This document shows positions 40,505 through 55,691 of a stretch of 64,000 nucleotides of DNA, piece by piece. The notes beneath the pieces are model-generated. The model was given only the letters and a program-made list of their open reading frames with translations. It did no database searches and was not told where the DNA came from. The DNA is from Vicugna vicugna (Eukaryota): contig MU058636.1 of NCBI GenBank assembly GCA_013265495.1, forward strand, positions 5,057,741 through 5,121,740. The letters run 5' to 3'. The stretch's first letter is position 1. Every line of letters begins with the position of its first letter. A program made the translations under genes and the position numbers.

Positions 40505-41888
40505 TCTTTTTTTTTTTTGAAGTATAGTCAGTTACACTGTGTCAATTTCTGTTGTACAGTGTAATGTCCCAGTCATGCATATATGTGCATATATTCATTT
40601 TCATATTATTTTTCATTAGAGGTTATTACAAGATATTGAATATAGTTCCCTGTGCTATACAGAAGAAATTTGGGGGTTTTTTAATCTATTTTTATGTATA
40701 GTAGTTAACATTTACAAATCTCTAACTTCCAAATTTATCTCTTCCCACCCCTTTTCTCCTGGTAACCATAAGGTTGTTTACTGTGTCTTTGAGTCTGTTT
40801 CTGTTTTGTAGATGAGTTCATTAGTGTCCTCTTTTTTCTGTTTTTTTTTTTAGATTCCGTATATGAGTGATATATGGTATTTTTCTTTCTCCTTTTGGCT
40901 TACTTCACTTAGAATGACGATATCCAGGTCCATCCATGTTTCTGCAAATGGTGTTACTTTATTTTTAATCACTGAGTAATATTCCATTGTATCAATACAC
41001 CACAACTTCTTTATCCAGTCATCTGTCAATGATCATTTAGGTTATTTCCATGTCTTGGCTTTTGTGTATAATGCTGCTATGAACACTGGGGTGCGTGTAT
41101 CTTTTCGAATTAGAGTTCCCTCTGGATATATGCCCAGGAGTGAGATTTCCGGATCATCTGGTAAGTCTGTTTTTAGTTTTTTGAGTAATCTCTATACTGT
41201 TTTCCATAATGGCTGCACCAAACTACATTCCCACCAGCAGTGTAGGAGCATTCCCTTTCCTCCATAACCTCTCCAACATTTACTGTTCATGGACTTTTTA
41301 ATGATGGCCGTTCTGGATGATGTGAGGTGATACCACATTGTAGTTTTGATTTGCATTTCTCTGATAATTAGGGATATTGAGCATTTTCTCATGTGCCTGT
41401 GCACCATTTGTATGTCTTCATTGGATAATTTCTTGTGTAGGTCTTCTGCCCATTTTTGGATTCGGTTGTTTGGTTTTTTTTTTTTTGTTATTAAGTTGTA
41501 TGAGCTGTTTATATATTCCAGAAATTAAACCTTTGTCAGTTGCATCATTTGCAAATAATTTCTCCCATTCCATAGGTTTTGTTTTACTTATGATTTCCTT
41601 TGCTGTGCAAAAGCTTATAAGTTTAATCAGGTCCCATTTGTTAATTTTGTTTTTATTTCTATTGCCTGGGTAGACTGCTGTAGGAGAACATTGCTAAGAT
41701 TTATGCAGAGAATGTTTTGCCTGTGTTTTCTTCTAGGAGATTTATTGTGTCTTGTGTTATATTTAGGTCTTTAAGCCATTTTGAATTTACTTTTGTGTAT
41801 GGTGTGGGGGAGTGTTCTAACTTCATTGATTTACATGCTGCTGTCCAGTTTTCCCAACAGCACTTGCTGAAGAGACTGTCTTTTCTCT
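40505..41888 (-). mobile_element. Relatively young 5'-truncated L1 (ORF2 3' end + 3'UTR + poly-A) inserted in L2
   Basis: ORF 41192..41407 [43 protein letters not shown] is the L1 ORF2 C-terminus; poly-T at ~40506-40518. Confidence 0.95.
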
Positions 41889-42149
41889 AAATGGTACTTA
41901 GCACAATTGGCATTTGAGTTATTTGATTAACACCTGTCCCATTGCCTCCAGCATTGTAAAACCACATGAAGACAGAGATGGTGTGAAGTTTTGTTCACTA
42001 TTTTATCTCTGACACTCAGCACAGTACTTAGTGCCCATAGTGAGTACTTGGAAATGTTTGTTGAATAAATCTAGGTTAACTTTATATTATTAAAACATAG
42101 ATAAATAATAGTCATTGAAAATTGTTCGATTTAAGATGAAGGAATCTGA

Positions 42150-42362
42150 TAATATATTGTGCCAGATACCTTACTAAAACCTTTACATACAGTATCTCAT
42201 ATAGCCTCACTGTAGTTCTCTGTGCTAGTCAGTGGTATGGCCTTTAACAGATGAGGAACTGAGGGTCAGAGATTGTGGTTGACTCAAGATTCCTCATCTC
42301 TGAAGTGAAAACTGGAGAGTTGGTCTCATGTTTTACTCCAAAACTATGCTCTTTCTGTACTA
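42150..42362 (-). mobile_element. MIR SINE
   Basis: acagatgaggaactgagggtcagaga core. Confidence 0.75.
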
Positions 42363-43519
42363 CCTCAAATATTAATCATCAAACACTGATTGAAAAAAAA
42401 ATTAACAATTTTTTAAAAGTAGTGATAATGTAATTCTTAAATTGTGTTGGAATTTCCTAGTCAAGGCGTTAACATATTGGCCACATTTTATTGAATACTC
42501 TGTTACCTGTTTACCACATTATCTCCCATTGTGAGAAATGTGTGTTTTCAGCATTTTATGGAGGAACCTAGACTTGCCGGAAGGTTACAGAGTAGAGCCA
42601 GAGTTGATGGTCTGGAAAAACACACTATTGATTTAGACTAGAATTCAAATAATTTTCATAAACCAAAATTGCTTTCTGTGTATTGAAAACATAAAATGCT
42701 TCAGACTGAGGTCTTAGAAAGTTATGGTTTTAAATGTAAATTTCATTTACAAAATTGACATTCTTGAGTGGATGGATTTAACTGGGTTCACTACATAGTC
42801 TTCTGCATTATGACCCTTGGGTACCTTTAGTTAATGATATATAAAAATCCTAGAGAGTTGGTAATACTGTTAGCCCCTTGTAGATGGTATGTGAATATTT
42901 GGAGGTTGGGTGCATAACAGATATGTTCAGTTGGGAATTGAGATCAATTTGGCTGAAGGGGAGAACTTTCTGAGTTGTAGCTGGGTAATAGGGAGATACC
43001 CTTGCAAAAGTAGTTTGGGAGGATCTAGTATAGGGCTTTGAATTACAAAGCCAGCTAAGGGAGCTACACATGTCTTTAGAGCAAAAGAAGGAAGCTTGAA
43101 GACTTATTAGGACTTTTAACGTGACAGCTTTAGAAGGGTATGTAATACTGTTAAGCAGCTATAAACAGGGAGTCCAGTTAGTTAACTGTAAGATTAGCTT
43201 AGTAGTTTGCTCTGAAAAGAAATGATTACCTTGTCCTCAAGCCTCAAACTGTTCATAACTAGAAACTGTTAGAACTGAGTTCTATCGCTCCATTATTCAG
43301 ATTAGCAGACAATGTTCATATTAAGTAACAGCCAGTTGAACATCTTTTTTTTTATTATTTAAAACCTTAACACGGGTACTTCCTAAATACTTTCCCATAG
43401 GAAGGAGGGAGAAACAACAGACATTCAGAGCAAAATATGAAAATCACCCTTCGGTTCACTAGATCAGGATTTAGGATTTGTCTGTATCACTTTCTCACTC
43501 ATATATACCTATATATCTT

Positions 43520-46500
43520 TTGTTTTTATGTAAGTGGGGCCATCCTATACCTTTCTACAACTTTTTCCTCAACTTAATGTTTTTATAAGGCTATCAGCAC
43601 ATATGGGTTAATCTCACCCTTTTAAAGCTGTATAAGATTCATTGTATAGGTATGCCATGATTTATTTAATTACTATTCTGTTGATGGGCATTTGGATTAT
43701 TTACACTTTTCACTGTTTTAGAGTGCAGTAAATGATTTTTCTTGTATAGTCTTTGTGCTGAAGTGCTAAATTTCCTGTAAGAAATAGATTCTTGCAAAGA
43801 ACTATGGAGTTCCTTTAAATTCTGCCAAATTGCTTTCCAAAAAAATCTACCAGTTAATACTGTTTTTAATTTTTGTTAGCCCAGCAGTTACAAAATTAAC
43901 TTGTTTTTATTTGCATTTCTCCAGTTACAAATGAGAGAGCATTGTTGCATATGTTTTCTTTTTGATTGGCTATTTCTAGTTTATGAATTACTTGTTCATA
44001 TTCTTTGCCCATTTTAGCTGTTTGTCTTTATCATTGTTGTTATCTCTGGGTACAAACGGAGGAAGCAGGGATGGTTGTGGACTTTAGCCACACAATGTTA
44101 CATTTTGTTACAAACAGGTACTGCTGTTTTGGACTAGCATATATGCCAAACATGAGCTTACTGTCTTTCCACACGCTCTTTATATATGCTCACATTATTT
44201 GCTTACTTGTTAAATATGTGGAAGATGTCTTCTAGTGAGTCACTTTATGCTTTTTTTAATGGTGTCTTTTGCCGTATAATATGGGAGTTTCTCCTCTTTG
44301 TGAGCTCAGATCTGTCAGTATTTTTCATTATGGCCTCTGAGTTTTGTGCTTACTACAAGATATTGAAAATATTTTCCTGTTTTCTTCTAATACTTGTACT
44401 TTTTTTTCACATTAAATCATTTAATCCATCTGGGGACTACTTTTGTTATTGTGTGTGATTGTGGTCTAACTTTTTTCCTAGGTGTATAGTTACTTTTCTT
44501 AACACAGTTTATTGTATAGTTTCTTTCTTCTCCACTTGTTTGAAATGCCACAGGTATTATGAACTAAATATCTACTTAGATCTGGTTTTGGACTGATGTC
44601 ATTGACCTCTTTGTCTTTGCCTATACTAACATCTGATGTAATTACTATGCCCATACAGTAAGTTTTTTATTTGGTCTGAAAATTTTCCCTAAATTGTATT
44701 TCAACAATATCGTGTTATTCTTGGCTATTCTTATTTTCTCTTACTCAAAATATCAACATCTTTATAATATTGAGTCTGCCCAGTGAGATGGATTTTTTTT
44801 AAGTCCTTCCTTTCAGTATAGTTTTACTGTTTTCTTCATAATAGGCTTTGTTTACATCTTTAAAAAAATACTTAATGGATTTTACTGTTACTGCTAACAT
44901 TGTTATTGTTACTCTGTTTTCTAACTGGTTACGCCTGCTATGTTATGTGTTCAGACACTTTGCTGAACTTTTATTAGTCGTAATAGTTTTTAGTTAATTC
45001 TTTTGGATTTGTTAGATAAAGCTCTCTGCAAACAGTTTTGTCATTATTTCAGATTGTTCTGAAACTTATATATCGTGTTTTTCTAGTCTAATTGTGTTGG
45101 TTGGCACTTTTAGAGCATTGTTAAATAGAAAGCATCCTGTCTCTTTCCAGTTTAAGAAAGTTTCTATTTCTGTCTAATCAGGGTTATTAAAAAATAAAAA
45201 CGAGAATGTGTGTTGAATTCCATGTTTGCATGGCAGTTTGTGTTTTTAAAAAGATATGATTATCAGCATAATGAATTACATTGATAGATTTCATGTATAG
45301 AATCACCCTTGCTTTCGTAGAATTAACCCAGCTTGGTCATGCTGCTAGATTCAGTGTGCTAACACTTCAGTCAGCATCCTTATATTCATGTTGAGTATTG
45401 AGATTGCTTTGTAATTCTCTTTGCTACGTCCTCCTCACTCCAGTATTGATTGGTAGGAAGGGTTTGCTAGCCGTGTAGAATGCCTTGGAAAACTGTCCAT
45501 ATTTTCCTATGAAACAGTTTATGTAATGTAGGAATTATTTACTTCCTGAAATCTTAATAGAGCTCACATTTTCACATGTACATTGTACATGGTACCTCTT
45601 TAAATTTTATTTTTTTTCAATTTCCAGGAAATAATAAGTAGACCATCATGAGCTCATTCTCGAGGTTTAAAAGATATTAATACTTCACTATATTTGTTTC
45701 AGTTCTTGATAACTCCTTCCCCACCCCCTAACACACACACACACACTCTCTCTCTCTCTCTCTCGCTCTCTCTTGCTCTCTCTCGCTCTCGCTCACTCTC
45801 ACACGATCTCTCTCTGCTCTCTGTGAGTGGGCAGTAAAATCTCTCTGGAATGTTTAACAAGCAGTGTTCTTCATTGTGTTTTAAGCACAAACATTCCATA
45901 ATTGTATCATAGTTGCCATGGAGTGATTGCATTTATGTCTGTCCTTTTGTGAGGAGGATAAACTCACTTTATACAGAAATTACACTTTTTTTTTGTTTTT
46001 AATAAGAAATGAAAGATAACTGCTAAAGCTTAAAACTTTTTCCATCCTTCCCCCTTTACTAAGTGATAACTATCCTGATATTTATGTATATCATTCCCAT
46101 GCGTGTTTTCATCCTCATGTTACATATGTATATTTAAAAAAAATATCTAGATAGGGCTGTTTTGTATATTTTTTAATTTTATGGAAAAATCCATTTTATC
46201 TATAATTTTCAAACTTAATTACTATGTTTCTTTGAGGTATAGCCATGTTTGTTAAATGTTCTTTTTTTTTTCTTCATGATTTAACAGCTCTGAAATTAGG
46301 ATGCTTCTTAAATCATGATGTCATTAGATTTGATTAAATCTAGTTAATTCCTCTTAATCGCTTTTGTAAGGCATGCTGTTGTTTGACTATACCACAGTTA
46401 ATCCATTTTTATAGCACATATAATCACTTATTTTATTATTATTATTATTACTTTTATTACCAGGTTATGTACACTTTCACTTTACAAACAAGGGCCAAAG

Positions 46501-48300
46501 TGAGCATCATTTCTGTTTCATAAGCAGTTATTTTGAATGGAAATGTTAAATTTAATGAATATGGGTACTGTACTTTCTAGGTATTGCCTAATTGCCTTCC
46601 AAAGTGGTGTCTTAACTCTTTGTTCCCACCAGCAATGTATAAGAGCTTTTGTTTGCTTTTAATTTTTAGACCTTTATTTAGTCAGAATTTAACTTTGTGT
46701 GTGCTGTGGGTTAAGGGTCTTATTTTATATTTTTCAAATGCATAGCCATTCATCTCAGCACTGTTACTTATTAAATAGTTTATTTTTTCTACTTTGATTT
46801 AAATGGCATGTCTGTCGTACTGAGTGCCTTTATATGTTGAGGATATATTTTAAATAACATAATATTTATTTTTATAATGTTTCCAGGCCATTTGTGTTTC
46901 ACTAGTTTATGTATGTACTCCTGCAACTAATATATTTTCATTACTGTAGTTTTATAGTAAGGCGTCTCCCTTACTGATACTCTTCAAAATTGTCTTCATT
47001 GTTTTTGTCTTTTTACACCTCCACATGAATTTTAAGATCAGGTTGCCAAATTCTGGGAAAAGGATTTTTATTGGAATTGCATTGAATTTAAAAGAATTTT
47101 TTTGAGAGAATGATCATTTTTATGACATTGAATCTTTTCATCCATGAATATGTTGGTTGGTTGATGTCTTTATATCCAGTAAAGTTTTAATTTCCTTCAC
47201 AAGAGTCTTGCAAACTGTATCTTTCTTTAAAATTACTTTTTCTAATTGCTGCTGATGGTTAGGAACACTAGCCTAGCCTACCCTTACTCCTTTACCCTCA
47301 CTTCGTTGGGGCCTAAAAACCTTTTTTAGGAGCTGAAGCTTTTATTCTCTTTTTAGCTTCCTTTATGGTTAGTTAATCCAAGTTTTTCACTTCTTCCTAA
47401 AATGAAATTTTGGTAACTCATGTTTTCCTTGGAAATTGTGCATGTCTAGGTTTAAAAATATGTTGGTAAAAGTTTTATTTACATAGTCTATTTTATTTTA
47501 TGAATCTCCTCTGTAGCATCTCATACTTATTTTTTCTTGATTCAAAAAATTTTTCATCGCTTTTTTTGGTTCTCTATCACTGGATTTCATTGAGACTTTG
47601 TAAGAACCGACTTTTGGTTTTATTGATTGAGCATTTTTTGTTGTTGCTTGTTATTTCTGTAATTTCTGCAGTAATCTTTGTTCCTTCTTTCAAATTTATT
47701 TGAATGTATTAATTTTTCTTTTAGTCTCTTGGGCTGTATACTTACTAGTTCATTTACCTTTAGTCTTTCTTTTATATGCTTTTCTCTTCTGACTACTGCT
47801 TGATTACATTTCAAAGGTTTTGTAGTGTTCCCTTTTATTATTCATTTCTAAATAGCTTATAGTTTTCATTTTGATTCTTAAGTTTAATGGGGCTCTTTTA
47901 CCTAGGGGACTTAAAAAAAAATTCTGAATAGATAGGTTTGGAGGTTTGGGAGGGGGGGGTTATTTTGTTATCTTTTTGTGATTAATTTCTATTTAACTAA
48001 ATGTAGGCCAAGAATGTCACTTGTGTAATTTTGCTTCTTGGTCTATATTGAGAGATTTTCATTGTGTGTTTCCTTATGTCTAAAAAGGTTTATTCATAGT
48101 GTTTTGTAAGCCAAATTGTGTGTATATATCTGTGTTTCAGATTGAGCTTGTTTTTTGGGTTTCTTAAATTTGTATATCTTGGTTTTATTATTTGTGAAAC
48201 CTGTTGGTTTAGGAGATAGTTGATTTAATGTCCACGATGAAGACTGTGAATATATCCACTCCTCTTTGTATCAGTTTTAACCTTACAATTTCAAAGTTTG
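43520..48300 (-). mobile_element. Cluster of old antisense L1M fragments
   Basis: recurrent L1 antisense motifs (ctgttgatgggcatttgg, gccaaattgctttccaa, ttggaattgcattgaattt, ttccaaagtgg..ttcccaccagcaatgtat). Confidence 0.7.
45731..45822. repeat. Compound (AC)n(TC)n microsatellite
   Basis: direct reading. Confidence 0.95.
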
Positions 48301-50324
48301 GATAATAGAAGTTCTATGACTGATAGTAAGTATTTGATAGCCCTTTTTCCAGCTCCCCTGTGTCATTTTGTTTTACATCTGATTTTAAAACAGCATATAG
48401 CTATCTTTATTATTTCTTTATTTTTTCCCTTCATTTTCTCTGTTCTGTTTCTGGAATTCTTTTTAGATAATTAGAATTTTTCAAAGTATCTTCCACATTT
48501 AAACTTTACCCTTGCAACACTTCTCTAGTATGTGTTTTAGGCTGTGGTTCCTCCTAAAGATTTCTTTTTCTTTCCAGAATTTGTCAAAATTTCCACGTCT
48601 TTCTCTTACCTTGTGGATTTATGTAGAGTTTCTGTGTATGTGTTCTTACCTGCTTTCATTTTATGAGGAACGATAATTGCCAGTACTTAATTTTCTGTCT
48701 GGATCCAGTGGAATCCCTTCTTGATTTCAGCACTTAGATTGTATTCCTGCCCATTTTTCTTTTTGTTTGCTTGGGGAATGAAAGTTTCATAAGCTTATAC
48801 TTAATCATCATTTCTGACTGAGCCTTCCTGAGCTGCTTTGAAACAAAAAACAAAAACTGACTCTCTTTAGTGTGTCTGTTTTACACCACTACCGCTTATC
48901 ACGTAGTGGGAGGCACTTCAGTTCCTCAGAGCTTTTGTTGTCCAGTCCAGAGCAGCTCATTGTACAGAATCTTTATTGTGGATCCCAGTGACCAGATCCA
49001 GTCCTTTCTTCCCAGTCCTCTTTCCCTATGACTTCTGTGTGTCAATACGTTCTGACTGGCCCTCGTGACAGTTAGAAAAGGGTTTTCCTCCTAACTTTCT
49101 GAATGTCTTTTATTTTCACTGGTGGTTTTTCTTCTTTCACCCACTCCTTAACTGGCATTATAACTTAATGTAAGAGTTATCAACTTTTTGTCCCCTTTCT
49201 AAAGGCAAGAAACAATTTTACTGACTTCTGAACAGTGGAAATTGTAGTTTTAGTATCCATTGAGAAAAGTTTATATATAGCTATATAAACTCATAATATA
49301 CTTAAATAGAGCCACATCATGTATTTACACTGATTTTCAAACGTACTCCCCCTGAAAGATATGACTCTACTAGTTTCTTTAATCTCCACAGCAACCAACA
49401 GTATAATAAGATTGAATAAGTATATAGAAGACAAATACTTAAATACAATGAAGTAAATCTTGCAAGAAGCTATATTTACCTGTCTTCCATTCTCCAGTAT
49501 TTTCATAGTTATCTTAAAGGCAGAATTGTTTGAATACCCTGACATCTAAATATACATCCTTTTGTGCCTTTCATAGGTTTAGGACATTGATTCTCAAATT
49601 TTAGTGTGAGTAGAAATCATTGCTTTGGGTAATGTATGTAAAGCCATGGGAGATGTAAGGGATTTTTTAAGGGTGCTTTTAACCATACCTAAATTTGTAT
49701 GGCAATTTTAGATTTGCCATGCTCAGTAAGTTTTTATTCTTCTCTACCTACACACATTTGAATGATAATACTACATACGTGGAAAATACATATATTGAAA
49801 GTTTATGTAGATGTAAATCTGTTCAGTCTGATTCTCCAGATGTAAAAGAAAGTAGACAAAAAGCCAATAGAGCTTTCAATTTACTGGCTCTGCAAATGTA
49901 ATAGAAGTGGGATCTTAGACAAGTTATTTTACATTTCTGAACTGCAGGTTACTCACCTGTAAAATGGGAGTAGATAGCCTTAAAAAACACCTTCAATGTA
50001 TAGTCAGTCAAATAAAATGCAGTGCAGAAAAATGTAGATGATAAAGTCCTTAGTTACCAATAATTCAGTTATTGGGATAATGATTGGTCTTGAAAGAAAA
50101 TATGTTTAACTGAAAAAGCAAGATGCAGTTACGGGGAACTGAGAGTTACATATGGGTGTGTGTATGTTTGAGTATCTATATTATATTTACTGCTTTGGGA
50201 CAGAGGTAGGGAATATCCAAACTGTGTTGCCATCCTCGTCTAGGATCCACCTTTGGTGGTTTCTCAAATCCCTGACCTTTTCCCATTGTCCAAATTATAG
50301 TTTATCTTGCCCACTGATCTTCTT

Positions 50325-50800
50325 GGATTTTTTTCCAATTTTAAAAAATTGTGGTAAAATAACCGCTAACAAAACTTACCATCTTAACAATTTTTAACTG
50401 CACAGTTCAGTGGTATTATTTACATTCATAATGTACAGCCATCGCCACTATCCATTTCCAGAACTCTTTTTGCAAAACTGAAACTCTGTACCCATTAAAC
50501 AGTAATTCCCTACCCCCACCTCCTTCCAGCCCCTGGCAACCACCACTTATCTGTCAGTGGACACTTGGGTTGCTTCCACAATTTAGCTATTGTTAATAAG
50601 GCTATGAAAATGCATGTTGCAAGTATCTCTTCAACACCCTGCTTTCAGATCTTTTGGGTATATACCCAGAAGGTGGAATTGCTGGGTCACGTAGTAATAC
50701 TATTTAAAAGTTTTTGAGGAGCCTCCATACTGTTTTCCACAGTGGCTGTGCCATTTTACATTCCCATGAACATTACACAGCTGTTCCAGTTTCTCCAAAC
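50325..50800 (-). mobile_element. L1MB-like 3' fragment with internal deletion
   Basis: aaaacttaccatcttaac..cagttcagtggtatt..ccagcccctggcaaccacc joined directly to tcagtggacacttgggttgcttccac. Confidence 0.8.
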
Positions 50801-52459
50801 CACACTAATTCTGTTTTGATTCCTACTTATTATATCTCTGCTGCAATCCTAACCAAACCTGAATCTAAGACTAAGCCCTGTGTCTTCTGCTTATGACTTG
50901 TTAAACTTGAGCATATCCTTTTCAATGGCCCAACTTGATTATACTGTAGAAATACCGTTGTTTTTCTAAATACTTAGGGTATAGACCTTCATGGAATCTT
51001 ATTTATCCCTCTTTTTAAAACCAGAAGACTTTTTTTTTCCTTTCCAGGGCAGTGCAACCATTGAAAAGGATTAAAATAAGTAGGCAACTTCATATTGAGT
51101 TAAGGAAAGAAACAGCCATAAGTATATGGCACAAATTCTGAAGAATATCTTCTAAATATTTTTGGACTAAAACAAGGTGAATTCCAAGAGCATCATTAAA
51201 GCCTCAAGAAAGGACTTTCTAAAAGAAAGTGTCACCACATTGAAATGTCCACTTAAAGATCCTCTGGTAGGTGCAACAATTTGATCAATGGGCCTGGGTG
51301 GGTCTGTGACAAGAGTTATACATCCCTGCAGGGACTCAGTTCACATCTTAAAGGACAGGGGGCGTAAGAATGACTAGAAATTTCATGGAATCACTGCATT
51401 TTCTGCATTCCAGCCTCTAGATGGAGAGAAAATTGATCTGAAATTGAGAAATGGTGAAGGGGGACATAGCTGCACAGCCCACTTGCAGTTGGTGGCTGAA
51501 TTCGGCTGAGAGAAACACCATGTGAATCTCCAGAGAGTCATGACAGAGGCTTCACTGTACCTCTTGTTCTGCAGGAGGTGATGCAAAAACTGGGGATAGA
51601 TGTACTCTTTCCTCCCGCTCCTTGGTAAGAGTGTATTCTGAAACCCAAACTGAAGCTGTCAGCTACTTTCTTTACAATGTCCTAGATACTGTCAGCAGAG
51701 GGCCTGGATAGAATTGCCATCATCAGAAGATGAATAATGAGCGGAAAGAAACCAACAGAGGAACTGAATAGTCATCACAAGCCAACTGTACCTTTCTCAT
51801 CCCCCACCCTATAAACCAACAAAAGGAACAAGATAAGTAAAAGGCTATGAAGAATGTGTATCAAGAGAATATTCCAGGAAAGAAGATGCCAGACATTCTC
51901 CACATTCTCAAAGAAGCGAGAGAAACTGAACTCAAAACAGAGCTCAAAGAAGTGATGAGATTGAAGGGATGAACACTAGCCTGCAAATAGTTACAGATTA
52001 CAGTGTGTCAGGGATCAACATAAGGTAAATCTAATAGCTACGTATGCTAAATCCTGTATCCTTGACAGAATACACCTTTTCCAGCAACCCTGGGTTGTTT
52101 ACAGAACTTGGCTCTCATTCCATAAAGAATCTCAAATTCCAGAATTAAATATTAAAACCAAAGAAATATTTAATTACCTGTCTTTTTTTTAAATACTCTC
52201 AAGGGAAAAACAAAAGATGAATATCTAGAAAATAACTAATGAAAATACTGTGTAGTGAAGACAATATATTTATACTGAAGGGTTGAGAATATGGGCCCTA
52301 CAGCTGGTCCCCGATTGTGTTTGGTTCTCAGGTTTGCTGCTGATCAGGTGTTGAACCTTGAGCAGGTTGTATAACCTCTCAAGGTCTCAGTTTCAATGGA
52401 TTAAATGGATGTCAAGAAGTACCTAGTAAGTGCTAAAAATTTTTAGCTATTGTAACCAT

Positions 52460-52905
52460 TTTCTGAGATGGCCAGTGTGGCTAGAAGCGGGTAAAGAAGG
52501 AAGAACTATGTTCTGAGTGACGTCGGAAATGCAAGGAGCACAGCTGTAGGGCCTTGTAGGCTGTTGGAAGGGCTAGAGTGAGTGGGATGGGAAGCCATCC
52601 AAGGTTTTGAGCAGAGGGGTCACATACTCTGACTTCCACTTTAAAAGGATCCTCTGGCTAATGTGTTGAGGACAGACTGAGGGAGAAGAGCTGGGACGGA
52701 AAGACCAGTTAAGGAGACTATTGCGTTAATCTGGGTGATATGTGACTGGAATGGCCATGATGGGCTCGGATGGTAGTAACAGATGTGGTGAAAAGTGGTG
52801 TCTAAATATATACTGAAGCTAGAGCCTACAGAATTTGCTGATGGATTGGAAATGGACCTAGGGCAAGCACTGGAGAGGTGGAGCTACCATTAAGTGGAGG
52901 ATGTC
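52460..52905. mobile_element. L2 LINE fragment, with a MIR at ~52290-52450 just before it
   Basis: gggaagccat..ggttttgagcagagg..ttaaaaggatcctctggct..atttgctgatggattgga. Confidence 0.7.
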
Positions 52906-54014
52906 TATTGCTAAAGAACAAGGCTGAATAATAATAAGAATAAATACCTTTTTCTAAATATGGGATTGGACTCTTGAATTCTCCACGGAGTTATGAGCTG
53001 TACTGAACTCATAGCTGACTTTTACGGGAATGAGCCTGTTCCCAAATCCCAGTTGGGGGAGCCTGAGCTGTCACTTGGACTTACATTCAGATTCATCCTG
53101 TTCATGGAACGAGAGCCCCTCTCCCTCAGGAGCCTGCAGTGTTTGGACACAGGACAGTGACAAACATCTAGCAGAAGGTGTCTGGAGGAAGCCAAGGTGT
53201 GACACCCTCACCCGTGGTAAGGGAGTCGGATGAGAAGTCCCCCTTGTGAGACAGCTGCTCGGGTTTAGAGAACACTGAGCCTCCAGACTCTGGGCCCTAA
53301 GCTTTCAAAGAGGGGCCGGGAGCTCTCCCTGGTGAGTGTGGAGAGAAGCAGATAGAGAAAAGGAAAATGTGTGAGGCAGAAATTTATCTAATGAAATTTT
53401 GTTCACTTGATCATCTCACCTTATTAATGCCTTGTTAAAATTTCCAGTTAGGTGGTGAGATTGGATTTGTTTGGGCATCCTGGTGAGGACACTAGTTCCC
53501 TGTGCTAACAGACACAAGGCAGAATTAGAGACATCGGGGTTACAGCTTTTGGATTTGGTAACTTGGGAAGGCACAGTGCCTCTTCAGAGAGTCGAGTCAG
53601 GGCGCTATTGGGGTGGAGGGGAGGGAGGCAGAAGCCAGACAGGATTAAGCAGATGGGGAGTTGGGAAACGGTGACAGAAGTTTGGATGAAAAGGAAAGAG
53701 GAGAGGGCTCTTTTTTTTTTTTAGGATAAATTAAACTTGAACATTTTTCTCCATTAAACATACATGTTTGGGGATACCTGCCCATGGCCTTTTAAGGACT
53801 CTGTCCTGGCCCACAGCCCCCACCGATCCACAATCCAGAGCGATTGTCTCCGCTCTGACCCTAGCTGCCTGGGAAGGGACAGCCTAGGAGCCTAATCACA
53901 AGTGACCTCTGTACTGTGAGGTCTGTGTTCTACGTTCACATTTGTGTGACCTGTCTCAGAAGGTGAGCTGAACCTATTTAAAGTTTCCTCATGAAATTTG
54001 AATTAAAAGACACA

Positions 54015-54332
54015 GCGGTTTCCAGAGGGCCACAGAGGGCAAGGTTGGCTCCTTCTGAGGGCTGGGAGGGAGAACCTGTTCCAGGCCTCTCGCTGGCTTG
54101 CAGATGGTTGTCTTCTCCATGTGTCTCCTCACCTTGTCTCCCCTCCGTGTGTATCTCTGTCTGTATTTCCCCTCTGTATAAGGACACTGGTCGTGTTGGA
54201 CTAGGGTCCATTCTGGTGATTTCACCATAATTACTTCTATAAAGACCCTATCAAAATTAAGTCACATTTTAAGGTGTTGGGGGTTAAGACTTCAACATAC
54301 GCAGTTTGGGGGACACAATTCAGCTCACAACA
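54015..54332 (-). mobile_element. MaLR LTR (MLT1B/C-like), partial
   Basis: ccttctgagggctg..tataaggacactggtc..ggggttaagacttcaacata..gggggacacaattcagctcacaaca end. Confidence 0.85.
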
Positions 54333-54960
54333 CCTGGATTTTTGCAGAAGCTTCTTACCTGGTCTTCTTTACCTCTTCTCCCCTACAGCACGTTCTCCAC
54401 ACAGTAGCCATAGTTACCTTTTTTAAAATGGAAGTGAGGTCATCTTTCTCTTCTGCTTAAACCTCTTCACTGCATCACCAATGGAGTAAAAGCCAGAGTC
54501 TATACAATGGCCTACGAGGCCCTGTGATCTTGTTCCCACTAAATCTCTCACCACATCTCTCTCGAGTCTCACACACTCTGCTTCAGCCCAGGGGCTTCCT
54601 TGCTGTCCCTCAAACATAACCAGGCAAACTTCCGTATCAGTAGCTTCTCCACCTGGAATATTCTTTGCCCAGATACTGGCATGCCTTGTCTTCACCTCCT
54701 TCAGCGAGATCTTCCCTGACTTCTTTATAGTATAAAATTGCACGCCAGCTTCCCCAACCCCAGCAGCTCTTATTGCTATTTTAGGCTTTATTTTTCTCCA
54801 TAGTGCTCATCACTTTCTGGTATACTATATAATACACTTTTATATTTTGTTTATCGTCTGTCTCCCCCCTTCATTAGAATGTGGTCTAGTGAGGTTTGTT
54901 CTCTGTTGCATCCCCAGGGTCTAGAACAGTGAGACAGTCAATACATATGTATAGTGTGAA
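54333..54960. mobile_element. L2a 3' end
   Basis: ttctccacacagtagcc..ctgcttaaacc..gtctgtctcccc..tagaatgt..ctgttgcatcccca..ctagaacagtg. Confidence 0.75.
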
Positions 54961-55691
54961 CAAAAGAATTCCCATTTTATAAATGTTGATACTGAAGGAC
55001 AGAGAAGTTAGGCATTTTTCAAGATAACAGTTTTTTTGATAGTGCTTGGATTAGAACCCAGGCAGCATAAATATTTTCTTTGTTATAATGGCATCAATAT
55101 ACTAATAAAAGCTTAAAATACAGATTTAATTTTCATTTTTGTCTTCTGCTCAGTTAAGTTATTTCTATCTTAATAGCATCGTCAGCCAAATTATAACCCT
55201 AACCTGTATAGCATACACTATAGGTGTGACCCCCAAACGCTCTTTCTTAAGTGACTTAGTGGGTGCATCTGGACCATTAATGATACCACTATTTTATATT
55301 AAGATAAATTTTAATTTTTATAAATAATACATAGACATGGTTAGAAAAATTAATATTATGGAATGGCCTGCAATAAAATATCCCAAACACTCCGGATAAT
55401 AGATGTCTTGAGTCCCACCCCCACCTCCCTGCTTTCCCCTGAACCTCTCTCTCAGAGCTTTGTGTCTTTCTGTACAGCTCTTATTCTGGACTTTCCTTCT
55501 CTTAGGTAGAATCTGTTTCCTAGATCTCATGTCTTCCTCTTAGATTATTTCCTTATTTTGCTGGAATTCATCTTCAAGCAAATTCTTAAGAAGGGGTAGT
55601 GAAAAGTAAACTCTGTGAGTACTTGAATGTCTGAAAATATATTTGTTCCACATTCACATTTGTCATTTGGCTAAAATACAGCCTCTACCTC

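Noticed and set aside
41055..41673. Cluster of ORFs
   Set aside because: Fragments of a truncated L1 ORF2 and its antisense frames
45699..45932. ERERER-rich ORF
   Set aside because: Translation of the (TC)n(AC)n microsatellite
46262..46345. Possible MER104-like transposon remnant
   Set aside because: Too short and diverged to call by eye
49268..49291. Near-palindrome agtttatatatagctatataaact
   Set aside because: Short and TA-rich; likely chance
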